DNA of 64,000 nucleotides from Candidatus Poribacteria bacterium (GCA_965242965.1 OZ251518.1:4672001-4736000), one strand, 5' to 3'. Shown: positions 9,245 to 19,467, numbered from the stretch's first letter. Program-made: numbers and translations. The notes: generated by a model not told the origin, from the letters alone.

Positions 9245-10068
9245 TAGAAACTCCTTATTATGGAAAAGAGTCTAAACCTACCAGCAGACTGCCTACCAAC
9301 ACACCGGGATCCCTATTGACAACCGATGCACACCGCGGAATCGAAATCGTCTGCTTCAATTCGACTAGGCTTCTCTTTTAATGAGGACAAGATTTCATGA
9401 AAAGGTTCAAGAAAATGCAAAATTTCTAGATGCAGGTGGAAATTTCTAGAACGCGAAATTAACCATGTGAGGATAAGGAGAAGGGTGCCGAAGGCAACCG
9501 TTTATTTCCTATGTCACAAAATATGTGATGGACAGCAACGTGGAAAACGTGCTGAGCCCTACCAAGAAACGGAAAAGGCGATGAACCCAGCGCGCCTTGC
9601 TAGACATTGAAGCATGTTTTCTGAAGTGATAAACTGCAAGCATCCCCATCCACATTCCTAATCTTGTATGCCATCCCCGAGGATATGACTGACGACATCG
9701 CTAGAGTCGGCAGTAAACTTTCCTGTAACGAGTAGCAGGCCGCCTAGTAGCGAAAACATGGGAGGGCTCAAGGGCGACGCGATGAAGTCGTGGAACTGGC
9801 TTATCACTTTCACAGTCTTATACCAAAACCGTGGCTCATGCCCGTAGGGCGCGGGCCTGTCCCTCGCCATGCCACAGAGATCGCGGTGGACAGGCCCCGT
9901 GCTACGGGTCAAGGCAGTTCTAACACAAGCCACGTGCGGAAAAATAACCTGATTATTTCTCAAACTTCGGGCGAGCCCGAACAGATCAAGATTAGGCAAA
10001 CTCCACCTACAGAACTACACGAACCGGCCTTTGTAGTTGAGCAGATTTCCGTATCCGCCCATTATCCG

Positions 10069-10962
10069 CTAAGCATGCCGCGGCCCCATCGCATACGCAG
10101 GTTTCTCACCGAACTGCTCAATGAGCCACCCACGCAACGGCACATCCTCCTCCGTAGGCACATAACGCCCGTTGTTCCGCACGGCGGCACCGAGCAACTG
10201 CCGACGAATCGGGTCGCACCGTTCATAAAGGGGTTCCACCGTCATCTCGTCTTTCGGACGAATCCACCGATACCCGTAGCCGTAGAAGAGTGCCTTCCGG
10301 GTCAGCAGCGAATGGTTCGGGCTGCGCGAATGCCAGAGTCGTCTGTCAAACAGCACGGCGGTCCCTGGCTCTACACAGACTGGCATCGCATCTTTGGGAA
10401 CGTCATCAGCGGTTTGCTCGCGCGGGTCGCGGCTGATCTCGTTCTCTGGCACCGGCATATCGGAAAGGTGACTGCCGGGACGGATATAAAAATTGCCGCG
10501 GCCTGGTTCAGAAACATCGGTGAGGAAATATGCCACCTTCAGCGACAAGCGCGGGCGTGGCGTAGTTTCCAACTCAAGGTTCACGCGGCCGCTGTCTTGA
10601 TGCCATTCCAGCCAGCCTTCCCCCTCTTTCGCATCGGGCGGCGCGGGCGGTTTGACGTGCATGTGCGCGTGGTAGAGATAGATATTCCACCCCAAAATAC
10701 CCCAAACTTTGGGCAATGTCCGCGGCCAGTCAATGAGATCTAAGAGCGCGTCGTCTTCTCTTAAAAAATCTGACCAGCCCCAAGGACTACCGGGCGTGGC
10801 TCTGCCAGCGGCGAGTGCCTTGTTGTGCAGGGTATCCACGGCGTGCGTTAACTGCCCCACCATCTCCGGCGGTAAGGCATTCGGCACATAGAGGTATCCC
10901 TGTTCTTCAAAGTGAGTCTTCTCTTCTTCGGTAAGTAGGTGCGCAAGACATTCTCCGTTCAT
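10069..10962 (-). CDS. PhyH family dioxygenase (ectoine hydroxylase-like)
   Basis: FEEQGYL, WHQD, PGSH, LFDRRLWH and RKALF motifs. Confidence 0.9.
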   Translation of the reverse strand: MNGECLAHLLTEEEKTHFEEQGYLYVPNALPPEMVGQLTHAVDTLHNKALAAGRATPGSPWGWSDFLREDDALLDLIDWPRTLPKVWGILGWNIYLYHAHMHVKPPAPPDAKEGEGWLEWHQDSGRVNLELETTPRPRLSLKVAYFLTDVSEPGRGNFYIRPGSHLSDMPVPENEISRDPREQTADDVPKDAMPVCVEPGTAVLFDRRLWHSRSPNHSLLTRKALFYGYGYRWIRPKDEMTVEPLYERCDPIRRQLLGAAVRNNGRYVPTEEDVPLRGWLIEQFGEKPAYAMGPRHA

Positions 10963-11020
10963 GGTGTTTTCTCCTTGTCAACGCGCTAGCGTCTAATACC
11001 AAATTAATCTGATTCGCATC

Positions 11021-11186
11021 TGTAGGACAAAACCGCCTGGTCTTGTCCTGTTTGAGACGGCAATCGTATCTGTAGGGCAAGACCGCCTGGTCTTGTCTTT
11101 TTTGAGAGCGGGCGCTCTCAAACTACAAATGGGGAGAACTGAATCGCTCTGGCTATGCGGACGTGGTTGAAAACCGCGCCTACCAG
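11021..11186. repeat. REP cluster (two family F units, one E-like, one C)
   Basis: GTAGGACAAAACCGCCTGGTCTTGTCC and GTAGGGCAAGACCGCCTGGTCTTGTC 50 bp apart; TTTGAGAGCGGGCGCTCTCAAACTAC; GGTTGAAAACCGCGCCTAC. Confidence 0.8.
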
Positions 11187-11203
11187 TTGAATAAAAACGC
11201 AGC

Positions 11204-12067
11204 TTATCGGACATACTGCGCGAGGAATTCGCGGGAACGGCGGAGTCCATCAGACTCTGACTCCCATGTGCGCCAGTAGCGATAATCTTCAAGTTCAACG
11301 CTGACGATACCGTCAAAACCCTCGTCTTCCAAGCGTTGCACGACTTTCAGCCAATCCACGATGCCATCGCCGGGAATGGTATACCGCCACCAATCTTCGC
11401 CGAAGCCGCGGGCATTCCCGAAACTCGGTCCCAGATTGCCGTGCAGATAGAGTGCCTCTTCGTCAAATACGGTATCCTTACCGTGGACGTGTTTGACGTA
11501 GGGTGCGAATTCGTGCAGGGCCCGCAGGTAGTCAATGCCGATGCGGACAAGATGCGAGGGATCGTAATTGAGCCCCAGCCCTGGCGAATCGCATTCGGCG
11601 AACATCGCGCGCCACATCTCCGGGGTGCAGCCGAGCGCGGGATAGGCAGGCCCAGGTCCGGGCCATCCCTCTACGGCGATAGTGACCCCGTTGTCTGCGG
11701 CGAATTCAGCGATCGGCGGGATAGTCTCCTTCCAAATCTCAAAGTTTTTGGCGCGGCCGAGGCTGGCATCCTCCGGCACAAAGACGCAGAACATGATATG
11801 CACGTCGTTGTCTGCAGCGGCTTGGATAGCGGCTTTCGCGGCGGCGGCTCCCGCTTTCTGTTTCGACTTTTTCGCGCTGAGGAGCTCTCTCATCCCCGGC
11901 AAATCCGCGGAACCGATGGCGAGCCCTGCAGCCCGCGCGGTGTTGACAATTTCAGGGGTGACTTCTCCAATATCGACGGCTTCAAACCCGTTATCGGCGC
12001 ACCACCGACAGAAATCGGCGAAGGGCAATTGGCGGGCTGTGCCGGGAATACGTAGTCCTATTTTCAT
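11204..12067 (-). CDS. Sugar phosphate isomerase/epimerase (xylose isomerase-like TIM barrel)
   Basis: AVEGW, GLNYDPSHL, HVHGKD, GDGIVDW and SVELED motifs. Start set at MKIGLR; the annotated upstream extension is REP sequence. Confidence 0.9.
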   Translation of the reverse strand: MKIGLRIPGTARQLPFADFCRWCADNGFEAVDIGEVTPEIVNTARAAGLAIGSADLPGMRELLSAKKSKQKAGAAAAKAAIQAAADNDVHIMFCVFVPEDASLGRAKNFEIWKETIPPIAEFAADNGVTIAVEGWPGPGPAYPALGCTPEMWRAMFAECDSPGLGLNYDPSHLVRIGIDYLRALHEFAPYVKHVHGKDTVFDEEALYLHGNLGPSFGNARGFGEDWWRYTIPGDGIVDWLKVVQRLEDEGFDGIVSVELEDYRYWRTWESESDGLRRSREFLAQYVR

Positions 12068-12133
12068 AAATTTTTCCTTCTGGTTAGGTGAGCGGAAACT
12101 ATAGAAATCCGCCCTTGCAAACGTTCGGTAAAC

Positions 12134-12414
12134 GGCGAGGGACAGGCCCTCGCGCAGCCTATAGGAGAGACCTCCCGGTCTCGACAGAATCGCAGCATGG
12201 CGAGGGACAGGCCCTCGCGCAGCCCGTAGGAGAGACCTCCCGGTCTCGACAGAATCTCGGCATGGCGAGGGACAGGCCCTCGCGTCCCCCGTAGGAGAGA
12301 CCTCCCGGTCTCGACAGAGGCGCGGCATGGCGAGGGACAGGCCCTCGCCCTACAGTATGGGAGGCGGTTACGACAGTATCGGAGACGGTTGCGACAGTAT
12401 GGGAGACGGTTACG
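12134..12414. repeat. Alternating family A/B REP array plus three 21-bp tandem repeats (12352-12414)
   Basis: Four GGCGAGGGACAGGCCCTCGC and three TAGGAGAGACCTCCCGGTCTCGAC units, then ACAGTAT(G/C)GGAG(G/A)CGGTT(A/G)CG three times. Confidence 0.9.
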
Positions 12415-12426
12415 GTGATTGGTGGA

Positions 12427-13647
12427 CTAAAATCCCATCAACCCGCAGCAACGACGGCAGACCGGCATGGGGCCATCTCCACTGATAGACTGCCGAAACT
12501 TGAGTGCCTTTTCGTTATTCCACATATCGGCAACCGAGTCGGTTTTGATATTGCCGATGATGTAATCGTGGTAATCGCGGCAGAGACTCACGTCGCCGTT
12601 ACTATCGATCTCCATCGTCATATAGATGCTGACGCATTGGTTATACCCGAAGGTTTGCCCATGGTCTGTGTAGTAACGTTGGATTTCGCCGCGCGTGTTG
12701 AGTCTCGGCATCATCACCGGTGGGCACCGTTTCTGTTCGTCGGAGATAGCTTCCATCTCCTCAAACTTGTCCATGATGACACCGTGGTCAAAATCCTTCC
12801 AAGTGCCGATCCAGCCGTAGTGTGTCTGCGGCTTGAAACCAAACCGTTTCTCAAACTCCTCGGTGTGTTCCTGCGCGGACTGCGAGTCGATCCACCAGGT
12901 CAGATAGAAAATCTGCGCGTCGGCATATTGGCTGGTGAATTTGTAAAGATCCACCACGACATCAATGTTATACATCGTCACGCAGCTGAGTGGTATGATA
13001 TATGGGAAGGCTACCTGTCGGCGTTCCTTCTCCGCGTTCAGCGTTTCCAGGGCGGCTTTGACATCCTTGAAGTTGTCATATTTCGCGGAAACCCCGGGGC
13101 GCTGCGTGTTGTGGATTTCCTCGTTCGGGCCGTCAACGCTGAGGTAGACAATTTTGCAAGTCTCCAAAATATCGTCCGCGCGTTTAGCGATGTTGGTGGC
13201 GTTGCTCACGAGGGAAATCGGCATCCCCTTGTCCTTGATGTAGTGGAGCAGCTCAATTAGCCCGGGGTAGAGCATCGGTTCGCCGCCCCAGATATACCAG
13301 ACTGGAGACCAGCCCCTGTCTACGACCTGGTCTACGAGGTTTTTATAGGTTTCAACGGGCACTTCGCGTGCTTTCAGGTCTTTGAGCGACTGCCCGAGAA
13401 GATAACCGTTGTCTCCCCACTGCCCACAGGAGTGACAGCGGAGGTTACACATATCTGTAATGCGGAGGCTGACGAGTTGCAGCGCGTCGCCTCTGCCGTG
13501 CTTTGCGCCAAGTGGGTGTCGCAGATTGAAACTCTCCTTTGCCATCTGGTATCGAATGAACTTGGTGGAAGTCGCCCAATCCTGCGAGAGCGAGGTGGCA
13601 AGTTCATTGACAAGGAACCGCGACGAGATTCGACTTCGTAGTGCCAT
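12427..13647 (-). CDS. Radical SAM protein with C-terminal SPASM/twitch domain
   Basis: CNLRCHSC, WGGEP, SVDG; C-terminal C...GDVSLC...IGNI...W...CRRCC. Start at MALRSR behind AAGGAG. Confidence 0.9.
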   Translation of the reverse strand: MALRSRISSRFLVNELATSLSQDWATSTKFIRYQMAKESFNLRHPLGAKHGRGDALQLVSLRITDMCNLRCHSCGQWGDNGYLLGQSLKDLKAREVPVETYKNLVDQVVDRGWSPVWYIWGGEPMLYPGLIELLHYIKDKGMPISLVSNATNIAKRADDILETCKIVYLSVDGPNEEIHNTQRPGVSAKYDNFKDVKAALETLNAEKERRQVAFPYIIPLSCVTMYNIDVVVDLYKFTSQYADAQIFYLTWWIDSQSAQEHTEEFEKRFGFKPQTHYGWIGTWKDFDHGVIMDKFEEMEAISDEQKRCPPVMMPRLNTRGEIQRYYTDHGQTFGYNQCVSIYMTMEIDSNGDVSLCRDYHDYIIGNIKTDSVADMWNNEKALKFRQSISGDGPMPVCRRCCGLMGF

Positions 13648-13669
13648 TAATTCTCCTTTCTTGAAATTT

Positions 13670-14116
13670 GCGCGCGGTTTCAACCCGCGCCTATTCGGTA
13701 TTTATTCCCCCTTGGGGAGCGGGCATCGAGACCGGGAGGTCTCTCCTAACGGCGCGCGGTGCCAGGCCCCCGCGTTACGATAAAAAACGCCCCCTCACCG
13801 TAGGGCGAGGGCCTGTCCCTCGCCATCGCTCGCGCGCCAGACCCTGTAGGTCAAAATCGCCTGATTCTGACCTGTTTGTGATCAGGCGATCACAAACTAC
13901 AGAAGGGGAAACACACATCGTGACGATAGAGATCGCGGGGGACAGGCCCCCGCGCTACGGGGAAAAAACGCCACCCCCTCACCGTAGGGCGAGGGCCTGT
14001 CCCTCGCCATCGCTCGCGTAATCCAACACTCGCGGGGGACAGGCCCCCGCGCTACGGGAACATCGAGACCAGGAGGTCTCTCCTACCGGGAAAACATCGA
14101 GATATGAAACACCCTC
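13670..14116. mobile_element. Partial MITE (right end ATGAAACACCCTC at 14104-14116) filled with REP units
   Basis: Contains TTCGGTATTTATTCCCCCTTGGGG, which lies near the left end of the 29192 copy, plus family A, B and E REPs. The left terminal repeat is missing. Confidence 0.65.
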
Positions 14117-14122
14117 ATCTAA

Positions 14123-14536
14123 TTAGGAATTGTCCTCCGCCGCGACGAGCGTGAGTGCCGCCGAATTCAGGCAGTAGCGTTTGCCGGTTGGCGGCGGGCC
14201 GTCATTGAAAACATGGCCGAGGTGCGCGTCACAGCGGCTACAGATGACTTCGGTGCGCGGCATGAAAAAGATGCTCAGATCGCGCTTCATCTCAACGCTT
14301 TCGTCAGAAACCGCCTCCGAAAAACTGGGCCAGCCGGTTCCCGAATCGTATTTCGTATCCGAAGCAAAGAGTGGACTGCCGCAGCAGACACAATGATAGG
14401 TGCCCTGCTCTTTGCAATCGTGATATTTCCCGGTGAAGGCGCGCTCTGTTCCTTTCTTCCGGGTTACCTTGTATTCTTCGGGTGTGAGCTGCTGTCGCCA
14501 CTCTTCATCCGATTTCATCACTTTTTCTAAAGCCAT
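14123..14536 (-). CDS. msrB: Peptide methionine sulfoxide reductase MsrB
   Basis: GTERAFTG, YHCVCCG, GTGWPSF, HLGHVFNDGP and RYCLNS motifs. Confidence 0.95.
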   Translation of the reverse strand: MALEKVMKSDEEWRQQLTPEEYKVTRKKGTERAFTGKYHDCKEQGTYHCVCCGSPLFASDTKYDSGTGWPSFSEAVSDESVEMKRDLSIFFMPRTEVICSRCDAHLGHVFNDGPPPTGKRYCLNSAALTLVAAEDNS

Positions 14537-14602
14537 GACTGACTCCTCTGACGAACCGGGCACACGCGTACGCTCGGCTCTCTATTTCTTTTGGATATCG
14601 GT

Positions 14603-14631
14603 ATTATACTACATTTTCCAAAAAAAATCAA
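14603..14631 (-). promoter_or_regulatory. Sigma70-type promoter of msrB
   Basis: TTGATT-17 bp-TATAAT on the minus strand. Confidence 0.6.
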
Positions 14632-14687
14632 ATAACACAGGATAGACGCACGTGCTCTCCTTGTGTCCATTTCCGCTTGCCGTGCGG

Positions 14688-15887
14688 CTATTTTTTCTTC
14701 GCTACCCCTAAAACCCGACATGTTGTGGCGGAGAGGATCTCGTATCGCACGCCGCCCCACACAATCTTGCGTTGGAAGATGGCATACAGCGCGTTGAGCC
14801 CGGCGAGGAACATCGAAAAAGAGGTGACGTAGGAACTCATCCGAATGGTGTCTCGCATCTTCGGCATTTCTAACAGCCAATGCGGCAGGTTCCGGCAGAA
14901 GACACGGTAACTCGCCGCCTCAAGGAACGGAATAAACGCAACCGGTAGGAGTTCTGTCCGATGAAATAGGAACGGAATCGTGCCGAAAACCAGCACTGCT
15001 TTCGGGAGAAAAATGATGAGGCTTGCAAGCCATTGTGCCCAAAGTCCCATGTGAAGCGTCATAATCATCTGCCGGTTCGTAAATTCGACTATCTGATGCC
15101 ACGTGCGGTTTGCCGTGCGGGTGATGGCCACGCAGTCTGGAACGAAATGCACCTTCAGTTTCACGTCTCTGACCGCGCGGGTAGTATTCAGATCTTCGAT
15201 TGTGGCGTTCTCCCAGCGTTTCAGAATCTGCGCTCTCTCAAGCATCTCGCGGCGGAAAGCGTTAGAACCACCCCACACCATGGATAGCCCGTGGTCTCCT
15301 TGCAAACCCATCTGGAAATTTACCCAGATTGCTTCGACGAGCGATGCCAAATTCCAAGTTTGCGGCGCATAGAACCTGCCGCCCACGGTCGCGCCGATTT
15401 CCGCCTCTTGCAGCGGCGTAACCAGCAGCCGCAGCCAATCTTCACGGATAGCCACGTCCGCATCAACGAAGGCGATAATTTCCACATCATCGGGGAGTCT
15501 TTCAATGACGCTCATCAGGTTCTGCACTTTTTGTGAACGTGGCAGGCTGTTGTCAATAATGTTCGGTGCTAACACGACATGCGCGTTCGGCGTGCTTTCG
15601 GCAATCTGCTGCAACAGCGGATAGGAGACATCATACCCGGTTTCGCCTTTTTGATGTGTTACAAAGAAGATGTCGTGCTCGCCGGCGTAGTCCTGATGGA
15701 GGAGCCCTTTGACATGCTCAGCTGTATCCTCATCCCATCCGTAGTGCGGCGCGATGACTGCAACCTTGGGTGTCCAATCCGGTCTGTCCGTTTTCCGCTC
15801 CCGGCGCGAATACAGGAAAGAGCCGCCGATCATCAGCAATTCAAGGATAAAGAAAAAATAGGCGGTGCCAATAATGTAGGTGTGCAT
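14688..15887 (-). CDS. GT2/GT21-like membrane glycosyltransferase (ceramide glucosyltransferase/HpnI-like)
   Basis: N-terminal TM helix, KVQNL, FVDAD, WGGSNAFRR, IED, RQ, C-terminal TMs and IVWGGVRY. Confidence 0.8.
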   Translation of the reverse strand: MHTYIIGTAYFFFILELLMIGGSFLYSRRERKTDRPDWTPKVAVIAPHYGWDEDTAEHVKGLLHQDYAGEHDIFFVTHQKGETGYDVSYPLLQQIAESTPNAHVVLAPNIIDNSLPRSQKVQNLMSVIERLPDDVEIIAFVDADVAIREDWLRLLVTPLQEAEIGATVGGRFYAPQTWNLASLVEAIWVNFQMGLQGDHGLSMVWGGSNAFRREMLERAQILKRWENATIEDLNTTRAVRDVKLKVHFVPDCVAITRTANRTWHQIVEFTNRQMIMTLHMGLWAQWLASLIIFLPKAVLVFGTIPFLFHRTELLPVAFIPFLEAASYRVFCRNLPHWLLEMPKMRDTIRMSSYVTSFSMFLAGLNALYAIFQRKIVWGGVRYEILSATTCRVLGVAKKK

Positions 15888-15916
15888 GTTACGTTTAGCG
15901 TGCGCGCTGCCAAAAA

Positions 15917-17728
15917 CTACGGCATCCGCAGCATTTCAAGCGTCGTTTTCAACTTTGGAATTAACGCGCTATCAAGCAAAAAAGTTACGTTCGGTTCGTG
16001 TTGCAGGCGCGCGTAGAAATGGCCGGATGCATCTGCTTCGCCGATTTGCAAAACAGCGTGCCTCCCGTTTCTGAATCCTAGACTTAGCTGCATGCGCGGG
16101 GGATTGAGCCCGATTTTCGTGGTATCCGGCGCGTCCGGTAAAAATTTTTCAACTCTCAAATCGTCAAGTTCATAGAGAATAGCGTTAATTTCGGCATTGT
16201 TCGCGTCTTCTTGCACAGGCGCGGTCAGCCGCCAATTCGTGCCGAGGCGTTGGCATGTCAGTGAGACATCGTCATATTTTAACGCAAACCGATTAATGTC
16301 GTCAATACCAAAATTCAGAATCTGTTTATCGCGCAGCCACGCAACCCCGTTTGCGATGTTGTCAATGAGCGCGCGGTTGACAAGCGAGACTTGAGATGAA
16401 TCTCCCGATTTGACGTAGACAGCATCCTCTTTCCGATTTCCGATGAGTAGCACGGCGGGGTTTTCTTCGCCGCGCTGAGTGAATGAAACCTGCATCGCGG
16501 GCGGAGCCAAGCCGTATAACCTCAGATTGGTGGCTGCGTCGGTGACAAATTCGATTGCTTTAAGGGAATCTACGCCGAAAACCAGGTCATCGATGGCTTG
16601 CGCATCCGCCTTTGTCTGGATGGGGGTTTTTAAGTCCCAGGTGTCATCAAAATTCTTGACACAGACAATGTTTTCGTTTCCTTCTGTTTTCTCACCGTGT
16701 CTCGTTCTTTCAATCTCAATCCGAGTCGTCGCGGTGCGCTGAAAGTCAAGCACCCGTTTATCACGTAGGGCAAAGACAGATTTATTGAGCTGCGCGTAGA
16801 TGTCATCGGCGAGGGTGTAGACTGCCCTGCGGTTTTCAGGTTTCACATAAGTTCCGCTCCCGATGTGAAGTCCGTGCGTTCCATTTTCGTCTGTCAGTAT
16901 AACCGATACCCGTGGAAGATGCAAGCCATATTTTTGTAATGTTAGCGCGGGTGCCTCGCCTGGCCAATCTGCCTCAAACGTTGCTACCTGAAGTGAACCG
17001 AGCGTGGAGACGAGCCTTTCGATTTCTTGCGCGTCTGCTTTAGCCGAAAGGGGATGCGTCATTGTCCACGTATCCTCTATTTTCTCACACCGAATCTCCT
17101 CCGCGTGCCTGTCGGAAGGCGTAGTGCCTGTCCCTTTCATTAACCGAATTTCAGATACCGTTTCCGGGTTAAACCGAAGAACCGTTCGGGAACGCAGGTC
17201 GGTTGGAGATTTCGCAAGATCATCCAGCGTGCTAGATTCAATGAGGAAAATATGCGGCTCCGATTTCTCTTTGGCGTAGACAGAAAAGTTAATCGTTTTC
17301 TTGCCGATGAGAAACCTGACTGTAGGCGTGCTATTGCCAATTGTCTCTGTCCACAGTGACACTGTGATACTCGGCGTGTCCAGTCCATATTGCCCCAATT
17401 CAGTCACCGCAAGCGTCTGTTTGACGCGTTTGTTGAGCAGATTTTCCAACATTTCGGAGACTTTCTCGCCGTTTGCGTCTGCAGTGAAAGGTTCGGTTAA
17501 CTGCCATGCCCCTGCAGCACTCTTCACTAACGTCAACGGCTGATACGCCGTATCGGCGAACGCAAGGCTTATTTGCCGAACTCGTTCCTGCGTTAAGCCG
17601 TAAACCTCATGAATGCGCGGTTTTTCGTTTATGGAGCCCGAGTCTTCCGATTCTTGAAAGAAGAGGAAGTAAGTTCCGGCGAGGCACGCGAGCAAAATGA
17701 TAATGATGAGCGTCGTTCGGAAATTCAC
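15917..17728 (-). CDS. DUF4340 domain protein (three repeats), partner of Gld-like ABC system
   Basis: Three W-x-(L/M)-x2-P...A(D/N)...(Y/I)GL-x2-P units. The GTG start overlaps the upstream TGA. Confidence 0.8.
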   Translation of the reverse strand: MNFRTTLIIIILLACLAGTYFLFFQESEDSGSINEKPRIHEVYGLTQERVRQISLAFADTAYQPLTLVKSAAGAWQLTEPFTADANGEKVSEMLENLLNKRVKQTLAVTELGQYGLDTPSITVSLWTETIGNSTPTVRFLIGKKTINFSVYAKEKSEPHIFLIESSTLDDLAKSPTDLRSRTVLRFNPETVSEIRLMKGTGTTPSDRHAEEIRCEKIEDTWTMTHPLSAKADAQEIERLVSTLGSLQVATFEADWPGEAPALTLQKYGLHLPRVSVILTDENGTHGLHIGSGTYVKPENRRAVYTLADDIYAQLNKSVFALRDKRVLDFQRTATTRIEIERTRHGEKTEGNENIVCVKNFDDTWDLKTPIQTKADAQAIDDLVFGVDSLKAIEFVTDAATNLRLYGLAPPAMQVSFTQRGEENPAVLLIGNRKEDAVYVKSGDSSQVSLVNRALIDNIANGVAWLRDKQILNFGIDDINRFALKYDDVSLTCQRLGTNWRLTAPVQEDANNAEINAILYELDDLRVEKFLPDAPDTTKIGLNPPRMQLSLGFRNGRHAVLQIGEADASGHFYARLQHEPNVTFLLDSALIPKLKTTLEMLRMP

Positions 17729-19275
17729 GCGGTTCCCCCTCGGCGCTGCCACCAGACGATTAACCCGGCGATAAACACCGCCATCGGGATAAAAAAGATG
17801 GAGAGTATCTGCACCAAACCTGCCTCTTGCGCGCTCATTTGGCGCAATGCCCGTTGCTGTAACTCGATGGGACTGATAGCAACCAGGTCTTCCGCTAGTG
17901 TGAGCCAGTTGATTGTCGCCACAAACAGTTCCCGATTTGCGGTTCTGAAAAAGGTATTTGAGGCGAAATCGGAATCCCCGAATACAACGATGCGCGTGTT
18001 TTGGTTCGTGTCTTCGGTTTGCTCAACGGCTACGGCGATGGATACCGGCGGCGGCGTATCCACACCCGGTGTGAACTCAATTCCGCGTTCGTGTTCTGTT
18101 TCTCCCCAGCTGACGCGCGTTTCCCCCACGGTTTTCGCCAAGGATTTCACTCGGAGTCCATCCGGTATTTCTTCGGCAGGTGTGACAGAACGGGTGCCGA
18201 GGAACGGGATGCCTGCGCCTTGCAGCGAGCGCGTAATATCGTGCTGTTCAAACTCTGGAAACGGCGCAGTGTGTCCATGAACCCCGGAATGGACAAGATC
18301 TATGACTAAATCGTTTCTCACTTCAACGCCCCATTTTCGCATCAGTTGAACGAGCCGCTGATCTTCCCAGTCAGTTGACGGTTCTAGCAACAGGAGCAGT
18401 TTGCCGTTGCGTTCAAGGTATTCGGTGAGCATTTTCAGTTCCTCTCGCGTCAGTGGGGCTTTCGGGCCGGCGATGACGAGGACTGCACAATCCGCGGGAA
18501 TGCTCGGTTGAACGAGCGACGAAAAGAGCCATACGGCATAATTCTGGTTTTCCAGTTCCGCCTTCACCTCGCTATACCCGATGGGAGTTCTGTCCTCGAT
18601 GCCGCGTTCTTCGTGCCCTGTGAGGAAATAGACATTTTTTGTCTCATTCCTGATGAGTTTGAGAATCGCGCTGGTGAATTTCTGCTCGTCCACGGTGCTA
18701 ACCTTTTCAATCCTGTCCCCGCTCTCAAAAACGGTTGTTCCATCTCGCTGGATGCCGTATTTATCAACAAGAAGCCGTTCAATATACGGATTCACAAAAG
18801 AGACGGTGATGCGTTCGGATTCGTGGACATAGAGTGCCAACATCTCTTTGGCACGAGCGGCCTCGCGAGTGAGCTGGCTGTTATCGCCATCGCTGAAAAA
18901 CGCCGTAACCTGAATCGCCTTGTCAAGGGTTTTAAGGACGTTCTTCGTCTGCTCCGAGAGGGTGTAGAGTTGCAGCGTGGTTAAATCGGCGCGTTTATTG
19001 AACCGCTGCGCGACGATGACGTTGACAAAGACAGCGATGCCGATAACGCCGATGATGCTCATCGCGACGTTCGCGCCGTAACGCGCTTGGCGGCTGACGA
19101 AGAAGTTCACAAAATCGGCGAACCGCAGCCGGGCGAAGACGGCTAGCGAAGCGATGCTGAAAAGTAGGCAAATCGCGAAGGCGGGCATCGCGCGCAGGAA
19201 AAAACTGGAGAGCGCGACAAAGCCGAAAATTAGTGCGAGGAGGCCGAAAAGGGGGCCTGTGTTTTTGGTGGACAT
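17725..19275 (-). CDS. GldG-like ABC-type uncharacterised transport auxiliary protein
   Basis: DLT...YTLSEQT, VYFLTGHEE, LVIAGP, VVFGDSDF and C-terminal TM followed by WWQRR. Confidence 0.85.
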   Translation of the reverse strand: MSTKNTGPLFGLLALIFGFVALSSFFLRAMPAFAICLLFSIASLAVFARLRFADFVNFFVSRQARYGANVAMSIIGVIGIAVFVNVIVAQRFNKRADLTTLQLYTLSEQTKNVLKTLDKAIQVTAFFSDGDNSQLTREAARAKEMLALYVHESERITVSFVNPYIERLLVDKYGIQRDGTTVFESGDRIEKVSTVDEQKFTSAILKLIRNETKNVYFLTGHEERGIEDRTPIGYSEVKAELENQNYAVWLFSSLVQPSIPADCAVLVIAGPKAPLTREELKMLTEYLERNGKLLLLLEPSTDWEDQRLVQLMRKWGVEVRNDLVIDLVHSGVHGHTAPFPEFEQHDITRSLQGAGIPFLGTRSVTPAEEIPDGLRVKSLAKTVGETRVSWGETEHERGIEFTPGVDTPPPVSIAVAVEQTEDTNQNTRIVVFGDSDFASNTFFRTANRELFVATINWLTLAEDLVAISPIELQQRALRQMSAQEAGLVQILSIFFIPMAVFIAGLIVWWQRRGGTA

Positions 19276-19288
19276 GTTTTTATGACAC

Positions 19289-19450
19289 AGCGTGGCGTGG
19301 GACAGGTTTTCCCAACGCCCTACGGTATCTCCAGAGCATGGCGAGGGACAGGCCCTCGCCCTACGATGAGTGAACGATGGCGAGGGACAGGCCCTCGCCC
19401 TACGATGAATAAGCAGTTAACTACGGCGAGGGACAGGCCCTCGCCCTACG
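19289..19450. repeat. Tandem family A REPs (three intact, one degenerate)
   Basis: GGCGAGGGACAGGCCCTCGCCCTACGATGA repeated with short linkers. Confidence 0.9.
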
Positions 19451-19467
19451 ATGAAAAAGTGGCTAGG

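Noticed and set aside
9527-9583. Short frame ending SPTKKRKRR resembling a nuclear localisation signal
   Set aside because: Only 18 codons with no convincing RBS; likely chance.
12068-12328. N-terminal extensions in the ORF track (also 22595-22792, 37644-37751, 38529-38693 and 42191-42298)
   Set aside because: They are mostly translations of REP or MITE sequence; downstream starts match the family N-termini.
13668-14021. ORFs lying within repeat clusters (also 19282-19599, 22591-22962, 25954-26305, 29168-29598 and 42201-42551)
   Set aside because: Composed of REP or MITE translations such as RARACPSP and GRGPVPR, with no evidence of coding.
19339-19450. Three direct repeats with different short linkers (mini-CRISPR-like)
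   Set aside because: The repeat is the dispersed family A REP and the linkers are too short to be spacers.
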